Below, piece by piece: positions 50,800-63,789 of a stretch of 64,000 nucleotides of DNA (positions are counted from its first letter, which is position 1; each line of letters opens with the position of its first letter). The position numbers and the translations under genes were made by a program. The DNA is from Octopus sinensis (lineage: Eukaryota), in the NCBI RefSeq assembly GCF_006345805.1, contig NC_043018.1:19282001-19346000 (forward strand), written 5' to 3'. A model generated the notes under the pieces. The model saw only the letters and a list, made by a program, of their open reading frames with translations. It was not told the origin of the DNA and did no database searches.

Positions 50800-51849
50800 C
50801 AGGGATTCTCAATCGGAATTCATATGGCCCTTGAGGGTCCATATAAGATTTTGGGGGGGTCCAAGCAACAAAATAATAAATTAGGGATCTATGATAATAT
50901 TTTAAGGACCCTTAGAGAAATTTTGCTTTAGATGTATGTATTGGTATGTATTGCAAGAAACAGCTGGGTTCCTTTCTCTTAGCAGAGTTCAACCTACACA
51001 AGTTAATGTGTGGAAAGCAAAATGGGAATTTTGGAAGAAGGTTCTATAAAACTAGGGGATCCACCAGAATGAAATAGTAATCAAAGGGCTCCATAGATTA
51101 AAAAATGGTTGAGAATCCCTGCTTTAGGTGTATGTATTGGGATGTATTGCAAGAAACAGCTGGGTTTCTTTCTCTGACATTTTACATTAGTTCATCCTAC
51201 ACAAGTTAATGTGTGGAAAACAAAAGAGGAATTTTAAAAGAAGTTTCTATAAAACTAGTTTTTAAGCATCAAGTGGCTCTGGTGGGGTCCACCAGAATGA
51301 AATAGTAACCAAAGGGCTTCATAAATAAAGAATGGTTGAGAATCCCTGCTTTAGATGTATGTATTGGTATGTATTGCAAGAAACATCTGGGTTTCATTCT
51401 CTGACATTTTACATTGTTCAATCTACACAAGTGAATGTGTAATAGACAAAATAGGGATTTTGAAAGAAGTTTCTATAAAACTAGTTTTTAACCCTTTAGT
51501 GTTCGCATTCATCATCATCATCATCATCATCGTTTAGCGTCCGTTTTCCATGCTAGCATGGGTTGGACCAAAATTAATGCTTTTTCATCCACTTTGTTTT
51601 GAACTAATCATGCATTGTCTTGTAACAATGAGACTTTGATGAGGTAGCTGTTAATTTTTAAAATGATATTGTAGGGTAGGTGTGAGAGACCAGATCTGGC
51701 CAGTTTGAACATAAAACAGGCAGAATACTTTTGGCCGGATATGGCCAGTTTAAACGCTAAAGGGTTAAATATTGAATGACTATGGGGGTCCACCAGAATG
51801 AAATAGTAATCAAAGGGGTCCATAAATAAAGAATGGTTGAGAATCCCTG
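50800..51849. mobile_element. Non-autonomous hAT-type element with triplicated right end
   Basis: 13-bp TIR CAGGGATTCTCAA/TTGAGAATCCCTG. 8-bp TSD TCTTAGCC (50792-50799) / TCCTAGCC (51850-51857). Extra right TIRs at 51109-51121 and 51336-51348. Confidence 0.85.
51492..51764. mobile_element. piggyBac-type MITE carrying a D-family 3' stub (51511-51568)
   Basis: TTAA on both sides; ends CCCTTTAG.GTT / AACGCTAAAGGG; homologous to 59063-59283. Confidence 0.85.
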
Positions 51850-52536
51850 TCCTAGCCACTGTTGTTCCCTGGTCTACTTTGATCTGGAGTATTAGCATCT
51901 GTTAGGGTTCCAGCTATGGGTTAACAAGCATATCCGATGACAATCCATCTGCATGTGGGGACAAAGAAAAATGATCTTGGTTGATGCCAGGGTGCACCAG
52001 GAGTGAGAGACCCTTAGCTGTGGTCACAGCATCCTTTTAGGGGAGGGACACTTTGATACAAAACTGGCAGTTTCATGTGTTTAGTGGTCTTCTCCCTTTG
52101 GCCTCTCACTAGATACTAATCACGGAGACCCCAAAATTGGTCGAACTGTTGTACAAGCATTTATCCCTTTAAGTCAATGATGTACAGATGGCTTTTTGAT
52201 GGTGGCCTCCTTTGTCGTACCATCTACAGAGGGTCCTCGGCGATGAAAGAGTGGTGACATGCGTAAACCTAATGAATTGGAAACTCACAGTGAGTTACAG
52301 CTTTCGTCTGTTCACCTATGCTTCATACTATGCAGGACTGAATAGTCAGCTGAGAGGTCATGGATGGAAAGTCAGAAATGTTACAGACAATGAGGAAATA
52401 TGAGAAAACATCCAACATCTATGAAGACAGAGCAATTAATGTATGTTCATACGACCACACTTACTTGCTTTATATATCTACAATTGTGTCTAGAACATTC
52501 AGTACATGTGTAGATTGTATGTGTAGACTGAATATA

Positions 52537-52576
<40 letters not shown>

Positions 52577-52814
52577 CACAATAGACAGGCACAAGTTTTA
52601 CATACCTGGCATACAATAGACATGCTCTTATATAAAGTTACCTTATCTGTGTATGTTGTGTATAGAGCTTTGAGTCTGTATATATTCATAAATATTGACT
52701 CTATCTATCTATCTATGTATCTATCCCCATACACGGTTGCACACACATGCACACATACTACAAATGCACAATTAAACACACAAACACACACACACATGTA
52801 TGCATACATGCACA

Positions 52815-53815
52815 CACATGCATACTGAAAGCTATATAAACATATATATATACACACACATGCGCACACACACACTGCAAGTTATATAAACTATATACAC
52901 TCACATGCACACACATACATACAGACACGCATACACACACTGAAATTTATATAAACATATATATATACACACACATGCACACATACACACACTGGAAGTT
53001 ATATAAACTATATACACTCACATGCACACACACACACATAGAGACACACATACGCACACTGAAAGCTATATAAACATATATATATACACACACATGCACA
53101 CATACACACACTGGAAGTTATATAAACTATATACACTCACATGCACACACACACACATAGAGACACACATACGCACACTGAAAGCTATATAAACATATAT
53201 ATATACACACACATGCACACATACACACTGGAAGTTATATAAACTATATACACTCACATGCACACACACACACATAGAGACACACATACGCACACTGAAA
53301 GCTATATAAACATATATATATACACACACATGCACACATACACACACTGGAAGTTATATAAACTATATACACTCACATGCACACACACACACATAGAGAC
53401 ACACATACGCACACTGAAAGCTATATAAACATATATATATACACACACATGCACACATACACACTGGAAGTTATATAAACTATATACACTCACATGCACA
53501 CACACACATAGAGACACGCATACGCACACTGAAAGCTATATAAACATATATATATACACACACATGCACACATACACACTGGAAGTTATATAAACTATAT
53601 ACACTCACATGCACACACACACACATAGAGACACACATACGCACACTGAAAGCTATATAAACATATATATATACACACACATGCACACATACACACACTG
53701 GAAGTTATATAAACTATATACACTCACATGCACACACACACACATAGAGACACACATACGCACACTGAAAGCTATATAAACATATATATACACACATATG
53801 CACACACACACACAA
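52815..53815. repeat. Higher-order repeat of ~117 bp (about 9 copies) built from two ~58-bp microsatellite-rich subunits
   Basis: CTGAAAGCTATATAAAC at 53059, 53178, 53295, 53414, 53529, 53646 and 53765, alternating with CTGGAAGTTATATAAAC. Confidence 0.92.
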
Positions 53816-54466
53816 CACACATACAAACACACATACACACACAAACACACAAACACACACATATTAAACATATATAAAGTGACTGTGAATCCAATAAATT
53901 GAAATCCATTTGAGAATTGCGGTTAAAATGTTTTCCTATTTTACATAAAAACAAAATATTAAAAGCTCGTTGTCAAAATATTATTTTTTTTACATTATTT
54001 TATTGTGTTTTGTGTTTTTTTTTTGTATGGTAACCTCTTAAAAACCTTGGAACTAAGATGTTTTACGAAGAAACTAGAAAGAATAGGGAAGAGAGATGGA
54101 ATGTGTGTGTGTGTGTGTGTGTGTGTGTTGTATTTGTATGTGTGTGTAAATGTGTGTTTTATATATATGTGAGTGTCTGTGTGTGTGTGTGTATATGTAT
54201 ATATGGGCACGTGTATTTTTGTGTATATATATATATATATATATGTGTGGTGTGTGTGTGTGTATGTGTCTATGCATGTCTTTGTGTATATATGTGTATA
54301 TATGTTTATATGTGTGTGTGTGTATGGATATGTGAGTGCATCTGTGTCTGTGTGTGATCGTACATTTGTCTGTGTATGTGTGTGTGTGTGTGTATTTGTG
54401 TATGTGTGTATCTGTGTGTGTGTGTGTGTGTGCATGTATGTGTATTTGTGTATGTGTGTATCTGTC

Positions 54467-54498
<32 letters not shown>

Positions 54499-54889
54499 TG
54501 TGTGTTTGCCTGAAATACATTAGTATAATAAATATTCTATTTGAAAAGCTATTTGGATGTTAATCTGAAGTGAACCATGTTGGGGAGGCATGTTCCACGT
54601 TGTAGTCGAAGCCACATGACTCTGTAATGCAGGGAAATATTTCATATTCTCAACTCCATCAAATAAATGGTCCAGGCAGCTGACGGCACCTCAGCCTTCT
54701 CCCATCCAACCTCCCCCACCTAGTCTTCGACATATCATGGCATAAGAATGGCAACGTTACGTGGTAAAGCTGTTCGTTTTCTAATCAAATTGTACGGGGT
54801 CGATTCCGTTGTATGATGTCTTTGGACCTTCTAAGATTGGTGCAGCCTTGGGATGACCAAAGTCCTGGGAGTGGAATTTCTTCACTGTC

Positions 54890-55185
54890 GATGTTGTCAT
54901 CATTATTGTCATTGCCATCATCATTATCATAATCGTCATCAATTATCATCTTTGTCATTGCCAATCATCATTATCATCATCACCATTATCATCAGCATTG
55001 ATATCATCATTATCGTTGCTATCATCCTCATCGTTGTCATCATCATCATCATCATCATTATCATGATGATAATAATCATCGTCATCATCATCTTCACCGC
55101 CATTGTTGCCATCATCTTCACTATCATCATCATTATCAGTATCATCATCATTGATATCATCGTTGTCATAATTATCATCATCACC
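54890..55185. repeat. (CAT)n degenerate microsatellite
   Basis: Read directly from the sequence. Confidence 0.9.
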
Positions 55186-55395
55186 TCCTCTGTGGAAGGG
55201 TTAAAAGCGTTTGTGGCCCTGAGAAAATTTTACCCCTCAAAGAAACAGGTGAAGGCTGGCAACAGGTATGGCATCCAGCTGTGGCAAAATCTACATCAAA
55301 AAATTCCTCCTGACCCATGTGAGAACAGAAAAGTGGACATTGGACAATGATGGTGCTTGTGATGATGATGATGATGATGATGATGATGGTGGAAG
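55185..55395 (+). mobile_element. Diverged D-like retroposon 3' end with (GAT)n tail
   Basis: GGCAACAGG.A.GGCATCCAGCTGT...GACCCATG...AAAAGTGGACATT followed by GATGAT. Confidence 0.55.
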
Positions 55396-55859
55396 TGGTG
55401 GTGATGGAACAGTAATCCAAGAATATTTACTGTGGTTTTACATAGAATCTGATATGTTAACCAGGATAAAAGTGGTCACCATAAGCATTTTCTTCTATCG
55501 GTAGAAATGGAATTCATCTCTACCAAATGTGTTTTGGACACTGATTTCAAATCTGTTTCGAGATTTTATTGTATTTTAATTTTTAATTTTTTTGTTTTTT
55601 TTTGCTTTCTAGAATGTCTCATCTTTGAAATATCACAGTTTTGTGTTTGGTCAGTTTTATCAATACTTAATGTGTATCAAATAACATTTTATACAAAATT
55701 CCTTTATTGTTTTGACCAAAAAATATAACATCCAATTGATTAGTTCATACATAATTAATTTGAGTCTCAGTTTTATATCAAAGATTCGATTAATTATATT
55801 GCTTTATTGAAGAATATATAATATATAAGTTTTACAAAAAGAGTTTGTGAAAGTGATTT

Positions 55860-56560
55860 TTGTTCTTATGAATTTGGCTTTTGCAGTATAGCATCCTACA
55901 ACAGTCAACCATGTCTTCGCTACAGAATCCCTGGTGTTATGTTTCAATTGTATGGAACCATTCTTGATGGAATCATTCTTCTTGGCCATTTCTTGCCATA
56001 CTAAGATTTTCAGGAAAGAAATCTAGATGGCAATGTAGGAAATATGTTTTCAATATTCAACAAATTGTTTCTTCACAGGCTTCGAGAAGGTTTTCAACTG
56101 TGTCACCTCTGTATGCAGAGGATTTATTGCTATCCAGAAAGATTTTCATGGCTATTTACAAGCCTTACCACACTTTCAGTTCCACCCATGTTAAGGGTTA
56201 GGGTTAGGGTTAGGGTTCAAATTGAACAGCATTTAAAACCTCCCTTAATTTGTGGTTCCACATGAATTCCCTCCTCTAATTTTTTTTTTTTTTTGTTTTG
56301 GAATCTTTTTAAGAAGATTCTAGAATCCTCTTGAAATGATTTTATGCTTTGCTTTAAAAATTTTTCTTTTATGAAACCAAGTTTAATAAGAGAATTTTTT
56401 CAGTCCTTCTACTAATGGCACCTCCATCACTGCATATTTCAACATCCATGGAAGCTAGTCTACCATTTGGAGGAACTGGAATGGCCATTGTTTCATCATG
56501 TTGGATTGGTCTAAATTCTTGGAGGGAAAAAATTTGATAAACAGAGTTGTGTTAGTTCCT
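55860..56560 (-). pseudogene. Chapaev3-like (CMC) DNA transposase relic
   Basis: Minus frames: LIKLGF, LKTYFLHCHLDFFPENL...QEE*FHQE, HQG...MVDCC. These match my recollection of the LKIHFLDSHLDFFPENLG..EHGERFHQD..RYQG..M.ADYCW block. Confidence 0.65.
56191..56217 (+). repeat. Short interstitial (TTAGGG)n tract
   Basis: TTAAGGG TTAGGG TTAGGG TTAGGG TT. Confidence 0.8.
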
Positions 56561-56689
56561 CTATGGCAACCACAGTTCTGTTAGCACTACAAGAATATCA
56601 AAACATTGACTTCAAATTTTGGCACTAGGCCAGCAATGTCAGGAATAAATTTATTGGCCTTGAAAGGATGAAAGGCAAAGGGTCCAGCA

Positions 56690-57067
56690 TATAATTCTTT
56701 CTACTGAAGGCACAAGGCCTGAAATTTGGCAGGAGGGGACTAGTTGATTACATCAACCCCCAGTGTTTCACTTTTGTCCTTTTGGACGTTATCAACATCC
56801 AAAAGGACAAAAAGAATATAGCAATAGGTGAAATACCTATTTCTTTACCACTCACAAGGGGCTAAACACAAGGAGGACAAACAAGGACAGACAAACAGAT
56901 TAAGTCAATTATATCGACCCCAGTGCGTAATTGGTACTTATTTAATTGACCCCAAAAAGATGAAAGGCAAAGTCGACCTCGGCGGAATTTGAACTCAGAA
57001 CGTAGCAGCAGACGAAATACCGCTAAGCATTTCATCTGGTGTGCTAATGAATCTGCTAGCTCGCCGC
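56690..57067 (-). mobile_element. SINE B heterodimer remnant
   Basis: B unit 56837-57067 with the same junction at 56836/56837; B'-type 3' end at 56694-56770. Confidence 0.7.
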
Positions 57068-57069
57068 AT

Positions 57070-57120
57070 TAATAATAATAATAATAATAATAATTAATAA
57101 TAATAATAATAATAATATTA

Positions 57121-57165
<45 letters not shown>

Positions 57166-57243
57166 TTAATAATAAATAATAATATTAATAATAATAATAA
57201 TAATATATAATAATATAATAATATAATAATAATAATAATAATA

Positions 57244-57289
<46 letters not shown>

Positions 57290-57500
57290 CCTTTCTACCA
57301 AAGGCACAAGGCCTGAAATTTTTGGGGAGAGGTTAAGTCAATTACATTGACCCCTGTGTTTCACAGGTACTTAATTTATTGGTCCTGGAAAGGATGAAAG
57401 GCAAAGCTGACCTCAGCAGAATTTGAACCCAGAACGTAAAAATGGACAAAATGCTAAGCATTTTGTTCGGTGTGCTATCGATTCCACTTGTTCACTGCCT
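57070..57500 (-). mobile_element. SINE B' (57290-57500) next to a (TAA)n tract
   Basis: CCCTTTCTAC.AAAGGCACAAGGCCTGAAATTTT end and B central motif. Confidence 0.75.
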
Positions 57501-57894
57501 TTGTGTTAATGATTGGTTTGTTCTCTCCAGAACAAGATTCTAGCAAAAGGTATTGATCCAGTTAGACTCCAAAGAATTGTTGCAATAATTAAAGTTAATC
57601 TAAATATTAGTTTGGATCTCTTAACACACCATTAAACTCGATAACTTAGTTACAAAATTTTAAATATTTAAATTAGTTCCTCTGAAGTGTTCTTGTAATA
57701 ACGAACAAAGATATAACCACAAAGGAGCACAGTTGTTGTTGTTGTTGTTGTTTTTGCTGTGTTGTTGTTGTTTAGCTCAAAAGTCAACCTGACAGAGCAG
57801 ACCTACGACCCCAAAGCATTTCAGCTGTGACAATCCTAGCTTTCTTGTGGGGTTATACAGGACTTTAGGTATCTAGGGTACCTACATTGACTTC

Positions 57895-58100
57895 TGGCAG
57901 AAACGTTAGCACGCTGGGAGAGATGCTTAGTGATATTTCGTCTGTCTTTAGGTTCTGAGTTCAAATTCTGCCAAGGTCGACTTTGCCTTTCATCCTTTCA
58001 AGGTTGATAAATTAAGTGACAGTTGCGTACAGGGGGCAATCTAATCGACAGGCACCCCCCACTCCCACAAAATTTTGGGTCTTGTACCTAGAGTAGAATA
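57895..58100 (+). mobile_element. Old SINE B' copy
   Basis: GGCAGAAACGTTAGCACG...GCCTTTCATCCTTTC...GCAATCTAATCGAC. Confidence 0.7.
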
Positions 58101-58849
58101 GATTGACTTCTGTGTTGTTCTTCTTTCTTAAGACAGTAGGGTGTTATCTGAGGAAGACATTGCTGCTATTTCTTGCAGGTCAAGCAACCATATTGAGCAG
58201 TCATGGACAAGCAGGACTTTCTCAATGGCAAACGCAGCAAAAAATGACCAGGAATTTCTTTTTCATTTAGTGCAGCCATTCTTTTACATATTTCAGTTAT
58301 TGGACACTGGCCATGCTGGGGCACTGCCTCGAAGGGTAAAGCCGAATAAAGTGACCCCAGGATTTATTTTTTTCTTTTTTAAAACCTTGTACTTATTCTA
58401 TTTCTCTCCTTTGCTGAACTGTGAAGTTATGGGGATGTAAACAAACCAACACTGTGGGGTGGGGTGATGGTGGGGGGAAGTGCAGCACACACATGCACAT
58501 GCACACACAGACACACACACACGGTCGCACACACACACACATGCACACACATGCATGCACATGTACACACACATTCTCGCATGCACATACACATCCACAC
58601 ACGCATGCCCACACACATGCACACACAAGCACACACATATCTGCACACATGCACACACAAGCACACACATGCACACACAAGCACACACATGCACATGTGC
58701 ACACAAGCACACATACAAACACACGCACACACACAAGCATGCATACACACACACACACAGACCCTTCTTGCAAAAGCCAGCCCATGTCTGGTGTAGTGTG
58801 ATCCTTATTGTCTCGTAGGCTCCCTCATTGGCTGGTTGTTAACTCCTTT

Positions 58850-59400
58850 AATGGCATGTATCATAGGGATAAAATAATTCAGCTCATGATCATAAAGTCG
58901 TGGGTTCAATCTCCAGCAGTGTATTGAGTCCTTAGGCAAGACCCTTTATTTCCCATTGCACCAGTACACTCAGCTGGTAAAAACTAATTGTACCTGTAAA
59001 CCACTAAGGGCCAGCCTTGTCACACTCAGTGTCACGCTGAATCCCCCTGAGGACTACATTAACCCTTTAGTGTTCACATTATTCTGCCAAAATTAATCCT
59101 TTTTTATCCATATTGTTTTGAACTAATCAGGCATTATCTTGTAGCTATGAGATTTTGATGAGGCAGCTGTTAATTTTTCAAATGATATTGTAGGGTTGGT
59201 GTGAGAGACCAGATCTGGCCATGCTGAACATAAAACAGGCAAGATACTTTTGGCCGGATGTGGCCGGTTTAAATGCTAAAGGGTTAAGGGCACGCATGTC
59301 TGTGGAATACTCAACCAATTTACATGTTAACTTCACAAGCAGGCTGTTCCATTGATCAAACCAACTGGAACACTCTTTGTCATAACTGACAGAGGGCCAG
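58850..59400 (+). mobile_element. Old SINE family C interrupted at its TTAA by a MITE
   Basis: The family sequence GAACTACGTTAAGGG is split into ...ACTACA TTAA [MITE] TTAA GGG. Confidence 0.8.
59063..59283. mobile_element. piggyBac-type MITE (221 bp)
   Basis: TTAA TSD at 59059-59062 and 59284-59287; CCCTTTAG / CTAAAGGG termini. Confidence 0.88.
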
Positions 59401-60619
59401 GCAGGCCTTTAATGGCTAAAAATGGTTAAAATTCTTGGTAAAGGCCAATGAACAACAAAGTTACCATTAGAAGACAATTATGTTTTATCTGAACGCTTGT
59501 GGAGATTTCGTTTGATTCCCATAACTTATATTCCTATTGAGCCAAAATGTATTTTTGCACAATAACATCAGATATTTTTATATTCTTGTATTTTTTTTAC
59601 TCTTTTATTCTTTATGGGTTCCAGTCATGGGATACTGTTTTCATATAATGACAAAATATATCTCTAAATAGACAAGATAATTTCATATTCGATAATATTT
59701 TTCTCAAATATATTTCTATATTTTTATGAAATAAGATTTTTTCTCTGTAATGTCAAGATATTTTTTATGTAATAAACAATATATTTCTAGATAATAAACA
59801 AGATATATCTATAAATAAAGAACACATTTTTTCATATAATGAAAAAAAAAAAAAATCTATGTAACAATCAATATATTTCTCCATAATAAATTATAGACTT
59901 CTAAATAACAAGTATCATATTTTTTATATAATAAACATGTTACTTGTACAATAACATAAATATAATTCTAGAAATAAACAATATATTTATAAACAATAAT
60001 AGAATATACTTTTTTATACAGCTACAATATGTTTCTGAATATTAAATTTCTCATCTTTACATGTTTCAGTTGTTGAACTGTGGCCATGCTGGGGCACTGC
60101 TCTGAAAGGTTTAGCTAAATGGATCTACTTTTCTTTTTTTTTTAAGCCTACTTTTTATGTGGCACCAGCAACAGTGAGGTCATCGAGTATTTTGCAAGAC
60201 AGGACGCCTCAACTGTTATGGGGGTGGAGGTGGAGGTGGAGGGTTAGAGGTATTGGAAAAAAAAAGGTGGTTGCCGTGTGATGGGTGAGAGGGACAGAAA
60301 TAGGGGTCTCGCAGTAGAGGGGGATACATGGGTAGCTCAGTAGGAGAGAGAGAGAGAGGGGGGAGTGGAGGGAAAGGGGAGGGAGAGAGAAGGAGAAAGA
60401 GAGAAGGGGAGAGAGGGATGAGGGAGAGAGAGGGAGAGGAAGAAAAAGAGAGAAAAAGAGGAGAGAGAGAGAGAGAGGGAGAGGGAGAGAAAGAGAGGAA
60501 AGAGAGGAGAGAGAGAAGAGAGGAACTATGGTAAAGATGTGGTAGGTGGGTGGGTGGGTGGGTAGGGATACATGTATGTATTCTTTTAGCCTTTTATTTG
60601 TTTCAGTCATTTGACTGCA

Positions 60620-60830
60620 GTAACTTCTGGTGGGGAGGCTTTGGTCTTGTGCTGCAATTAAAAATCCTTCAGTCTCTGCTTTGAGTCCTGAGCTTCTCAG
60701 CCATTGCTGGGATTTTGCTTTGCCTATTTCTTTTGCATTTAGTTCAGTCCAGTATTTGCCACGAAAGGGCTTTTCTTGCCGTCGTTTTATCATGTTCTAG
60801 TTTTGGTTTGGATTTAATTTGTTTTACAGT
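60620..60830 (-). pseudogene. R4/Dong-like non-LTR fragment (post-RT region)
   Basis: RGKYW...SQQWLRSSGLKAETEGFLIAAQDQSLPTRSY; cut by a SINE A 3' stub. Confidence 0.8.
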
Positions 60831-61049
60831 TTTTATTGTTTCTTCTTTTTTCTTTTTATTGTTGTTGTTATTATTATTATTATTATTATTTGTATTATTA
60901 TTATTATTATCATTATTATTGTTGTTGTTGTTGTTGTTGTTATTATTAATATTAGTAGTAGTAGTGTTGTTATCATTATTATCATTATTATCATTATTGT
61001 TATTATTATCATCTTCATGATCATCATCATCATTATTATTATTATTATT

Positions 61050-61607
61050 GAGTGAGAGAGCAGTTCATGCCATCAAATTGACACTGGGATAAAATACATG
61101 AAGCCCAGTATACCCATCATGACTACTCGTCTGATAAGGGTACACTAGGCACATGCATCACAACCATATGTGCGCGACATGGTGATCTCATATCAAGATA
61201 AACAGCACATGACCTTGCAGGTGGGGCCCAGTTAGAATTTTCTTCTGGTCAAGTAACCCATCCCGCTCAAAAGGTCCCTGAATGAGGGTTGTTTAAGGAT
61301 GTTGAAAGAAACACCCATGTTTCCAGAGGTGAATTATTCAAACCCCAAAGAATCCCTCTCAACACATGGCTATGATGCTCCCCCTCTACTTCTGCTCGTG
61401 ATCAAAGATGCACATATCGTCAGCTACACAGGGACATGCTCAACTGGTTAAGGTCAAGCAACTGACAAGCAAATCTGTGGTATTGAGCAGAATATTTGCT
61501 GTAGCCCATCTTTTATACCAAGACAAAACAATGTACATGATAACACTTTCAATCAGTTAAGATCAGAAGCCATGAGAGTCAATGCCTGGTACTGCATCAG
61601 GGCATTT
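61050..61607. mobile_element. ~560-bp non-coding insertion in a TAA-type microsatellite
   Basis: Complex sequence with abrupt ends in (ATT)n; ~48-bp flank duplicated (61001-61049 and 61612-61659). Confidence 0.6.
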
Positions 61608-61849
61608 ATTATTATTATTATCATCTTCATGATCATCATCATCATTATTATTATTATTACTATTATTGTTGTTGTTGTTGTTATTATTAATATTAGTAGT
61701 AGTAGTGTTGTTATCATTATTATCATTATTATCATTATTATCATTATTATCATTATTATCATTATTATCATTATTATCATTATTATCATTATTATCATTA
61801 TTATTATTATTATTGTTGTTGTTTTTGTTATTATTATTATTGTTATTGC

Positions 61850-61884
<35 letters not shown>

Positions 61885-61889
61885 TATTA

Positions 61890-63120
61890 TTATTATATTA
61901 TTATTATTCTATGTTTGACTTTTGCTTTATATTTGTACAAGTTGGCTCCAAGTCTCACCAGAGACCTCAAGAGACAACAGGGTTGGAAGTTCATGTTGTT
62001 GTTATGCCTAGTGTGCCATATATTTGGGGGGTGGGGATGTTGTACTAATGAATGTCTAAAAAAAAAAAAAAAAGTCTTTTTTTTTTTTTAAACCGAAAAT
62101 TATGGTTGTTTTAAACCTTGAGGTTACATAGAGAGTATTTTGCGTAGGATATGAGCAGTTCCCATGAGCACTATCTTTTGAACTTCTGCCATTTTGAGGT
62201 TTCCTGGTATCTGAGTTAGGTAGCTATCAGCCCCTTTTGCTATCATTCCCAGGGCACCTATGACAACAGGTATTGTTTTAGTCTTCAGCTTCCACATTTT
62301 GCTGATTTCTATTTCAAGATCTTTATATTTGCACAGTTTTTTGGGTAGGTCCTGACAGATACGTTTTATTCGATTGGACAGTCATATCAATGAGAGGCAT
62401 GGTTCTTTGTTTGAAGTCTTTCAATATGATGTCTGGCCTATTTGCATCTATCTTCCTGTCAGTTTGAATGGTGAAGTTCCAGAGGAGTGAGATGTGGTCA
62501 TTTTCAAGCACTGGGGGTGGTTGTGTTCCCACCAGTTTTTTTCATGGGGCAAATCCGGTTTTTACAGATTACCCAGTGAATATATTGTGCAGCTCTATCG
62601 TGCCTGTTGAGATACTCTGTAGGCGCTAGAAGACTGCACTTGGAGACCACATGGTCAATGGTTTCATTTTGTTGCTTGCATACACGACACGTTGGACTGC
62701 TTCTGATCTTTAATATGTTGGCCTGGTAGTTTCTTGTTGGTAGGCATTGATCTTGAGCTGCTATGATAAACCCCTCTGTTTCGATTTTAAGCCAGAGGCC
62801 ATTAGCCATTGATGGGTCAGGGCTTTGTCGATATCTGCATTATTCGCTCTCTTTGGGTATTTGCCATAGAGAGGTTTTTTCTTGCCATTTATTATTCAGA
62901 ATATCTAAGCCACAGTTTTGGCACGGGTTTTCATGCGCCTAGCTTTTTCTGTGCTTGTTTCTTGTATGTCTATCTCTAATTCCGAAATTGGTTGTATTCG
63001 GAATTCACATAGATATTCCTTTGCCTGTTTTGTGACTGAGTATGATGCTTTCTTGTTTTCATGTTTTGAGACAAGTTTTAACATCCAGTCCTCAGAGTTT
63101 TTCAGGTAGGTGTCTAGGCC
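61890..63120 (-). pseudogene. R4/Dong-clade non-LTR retrotransposon 3' part (CCHC knuckle plus restriction-like endonuclease)
   Basis: ETEGFIIAAQDQ, CRVC..QNETIDHVVSKC, NRPDI..LIDM, KYKDLEIEI..MW...PVVIGALG; stop at 62124; (TAA)n on both sides; frameshifted. Confidence 0.88.
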
Positions 63121-63132
63121 AATTTATTATCA

Positions 63133-63164
<32 letters not shown>

Positions 63165-63789
63165 GTATATACTAGATCCCTTGCTGCTCTTCAGTCACTG
63201 GCTAAGACATACACACAATTATAATTATCAATATAAAAAATATGTTTTTGTGTTATTGTTTGGGAAGATTTGAGGACAAACTGTTTACAATTGCTTTAGG
63301 ACAAAACGGTAATTGAATAATGAAACTACAAAATGGTAATTCGAAATTTTATTTTATCAAATCTAAGTAGATTTAGATAACATAGTATGAATACAGAAAT
63401 GTTTATCATTTTTAAAAAAGATCTTTCTAGAATTGCTGTAGTTTATGTTTATGCTCCAGGCCAAAAAAAAAAGAAAGAAAAAAGAATAGGTGTCTCTTAA
63501 AACGTAGCAGCTCACCACACTAGATCTACTTAGTGGTACATCTTGATGAAATAATTAGTATAGCAGATAATGGTTGTTAAACTGAAGAATATTCTCTGTT
63601 TTGTCAATTCTAATAAATCTAACACTAACTGAAAATTGTTGTTAAAAGTTTTTCAAATATTAAGATGAAATGTTTTGAATGATTAAAGAATTTAAAAGTT
63701 TTAATTAAATGCTGCAAATAAATTGCAATTTGTTTTATTCCTAATTCCAGTCCACCGAAAGAATTTACAGTGTTGTTCCTAGTTTTACT

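Noticed and set aside
51860-52440. Possible LINE 5' UTR or ORF start
   Set aside because: No recognisable protein motif was recovered.
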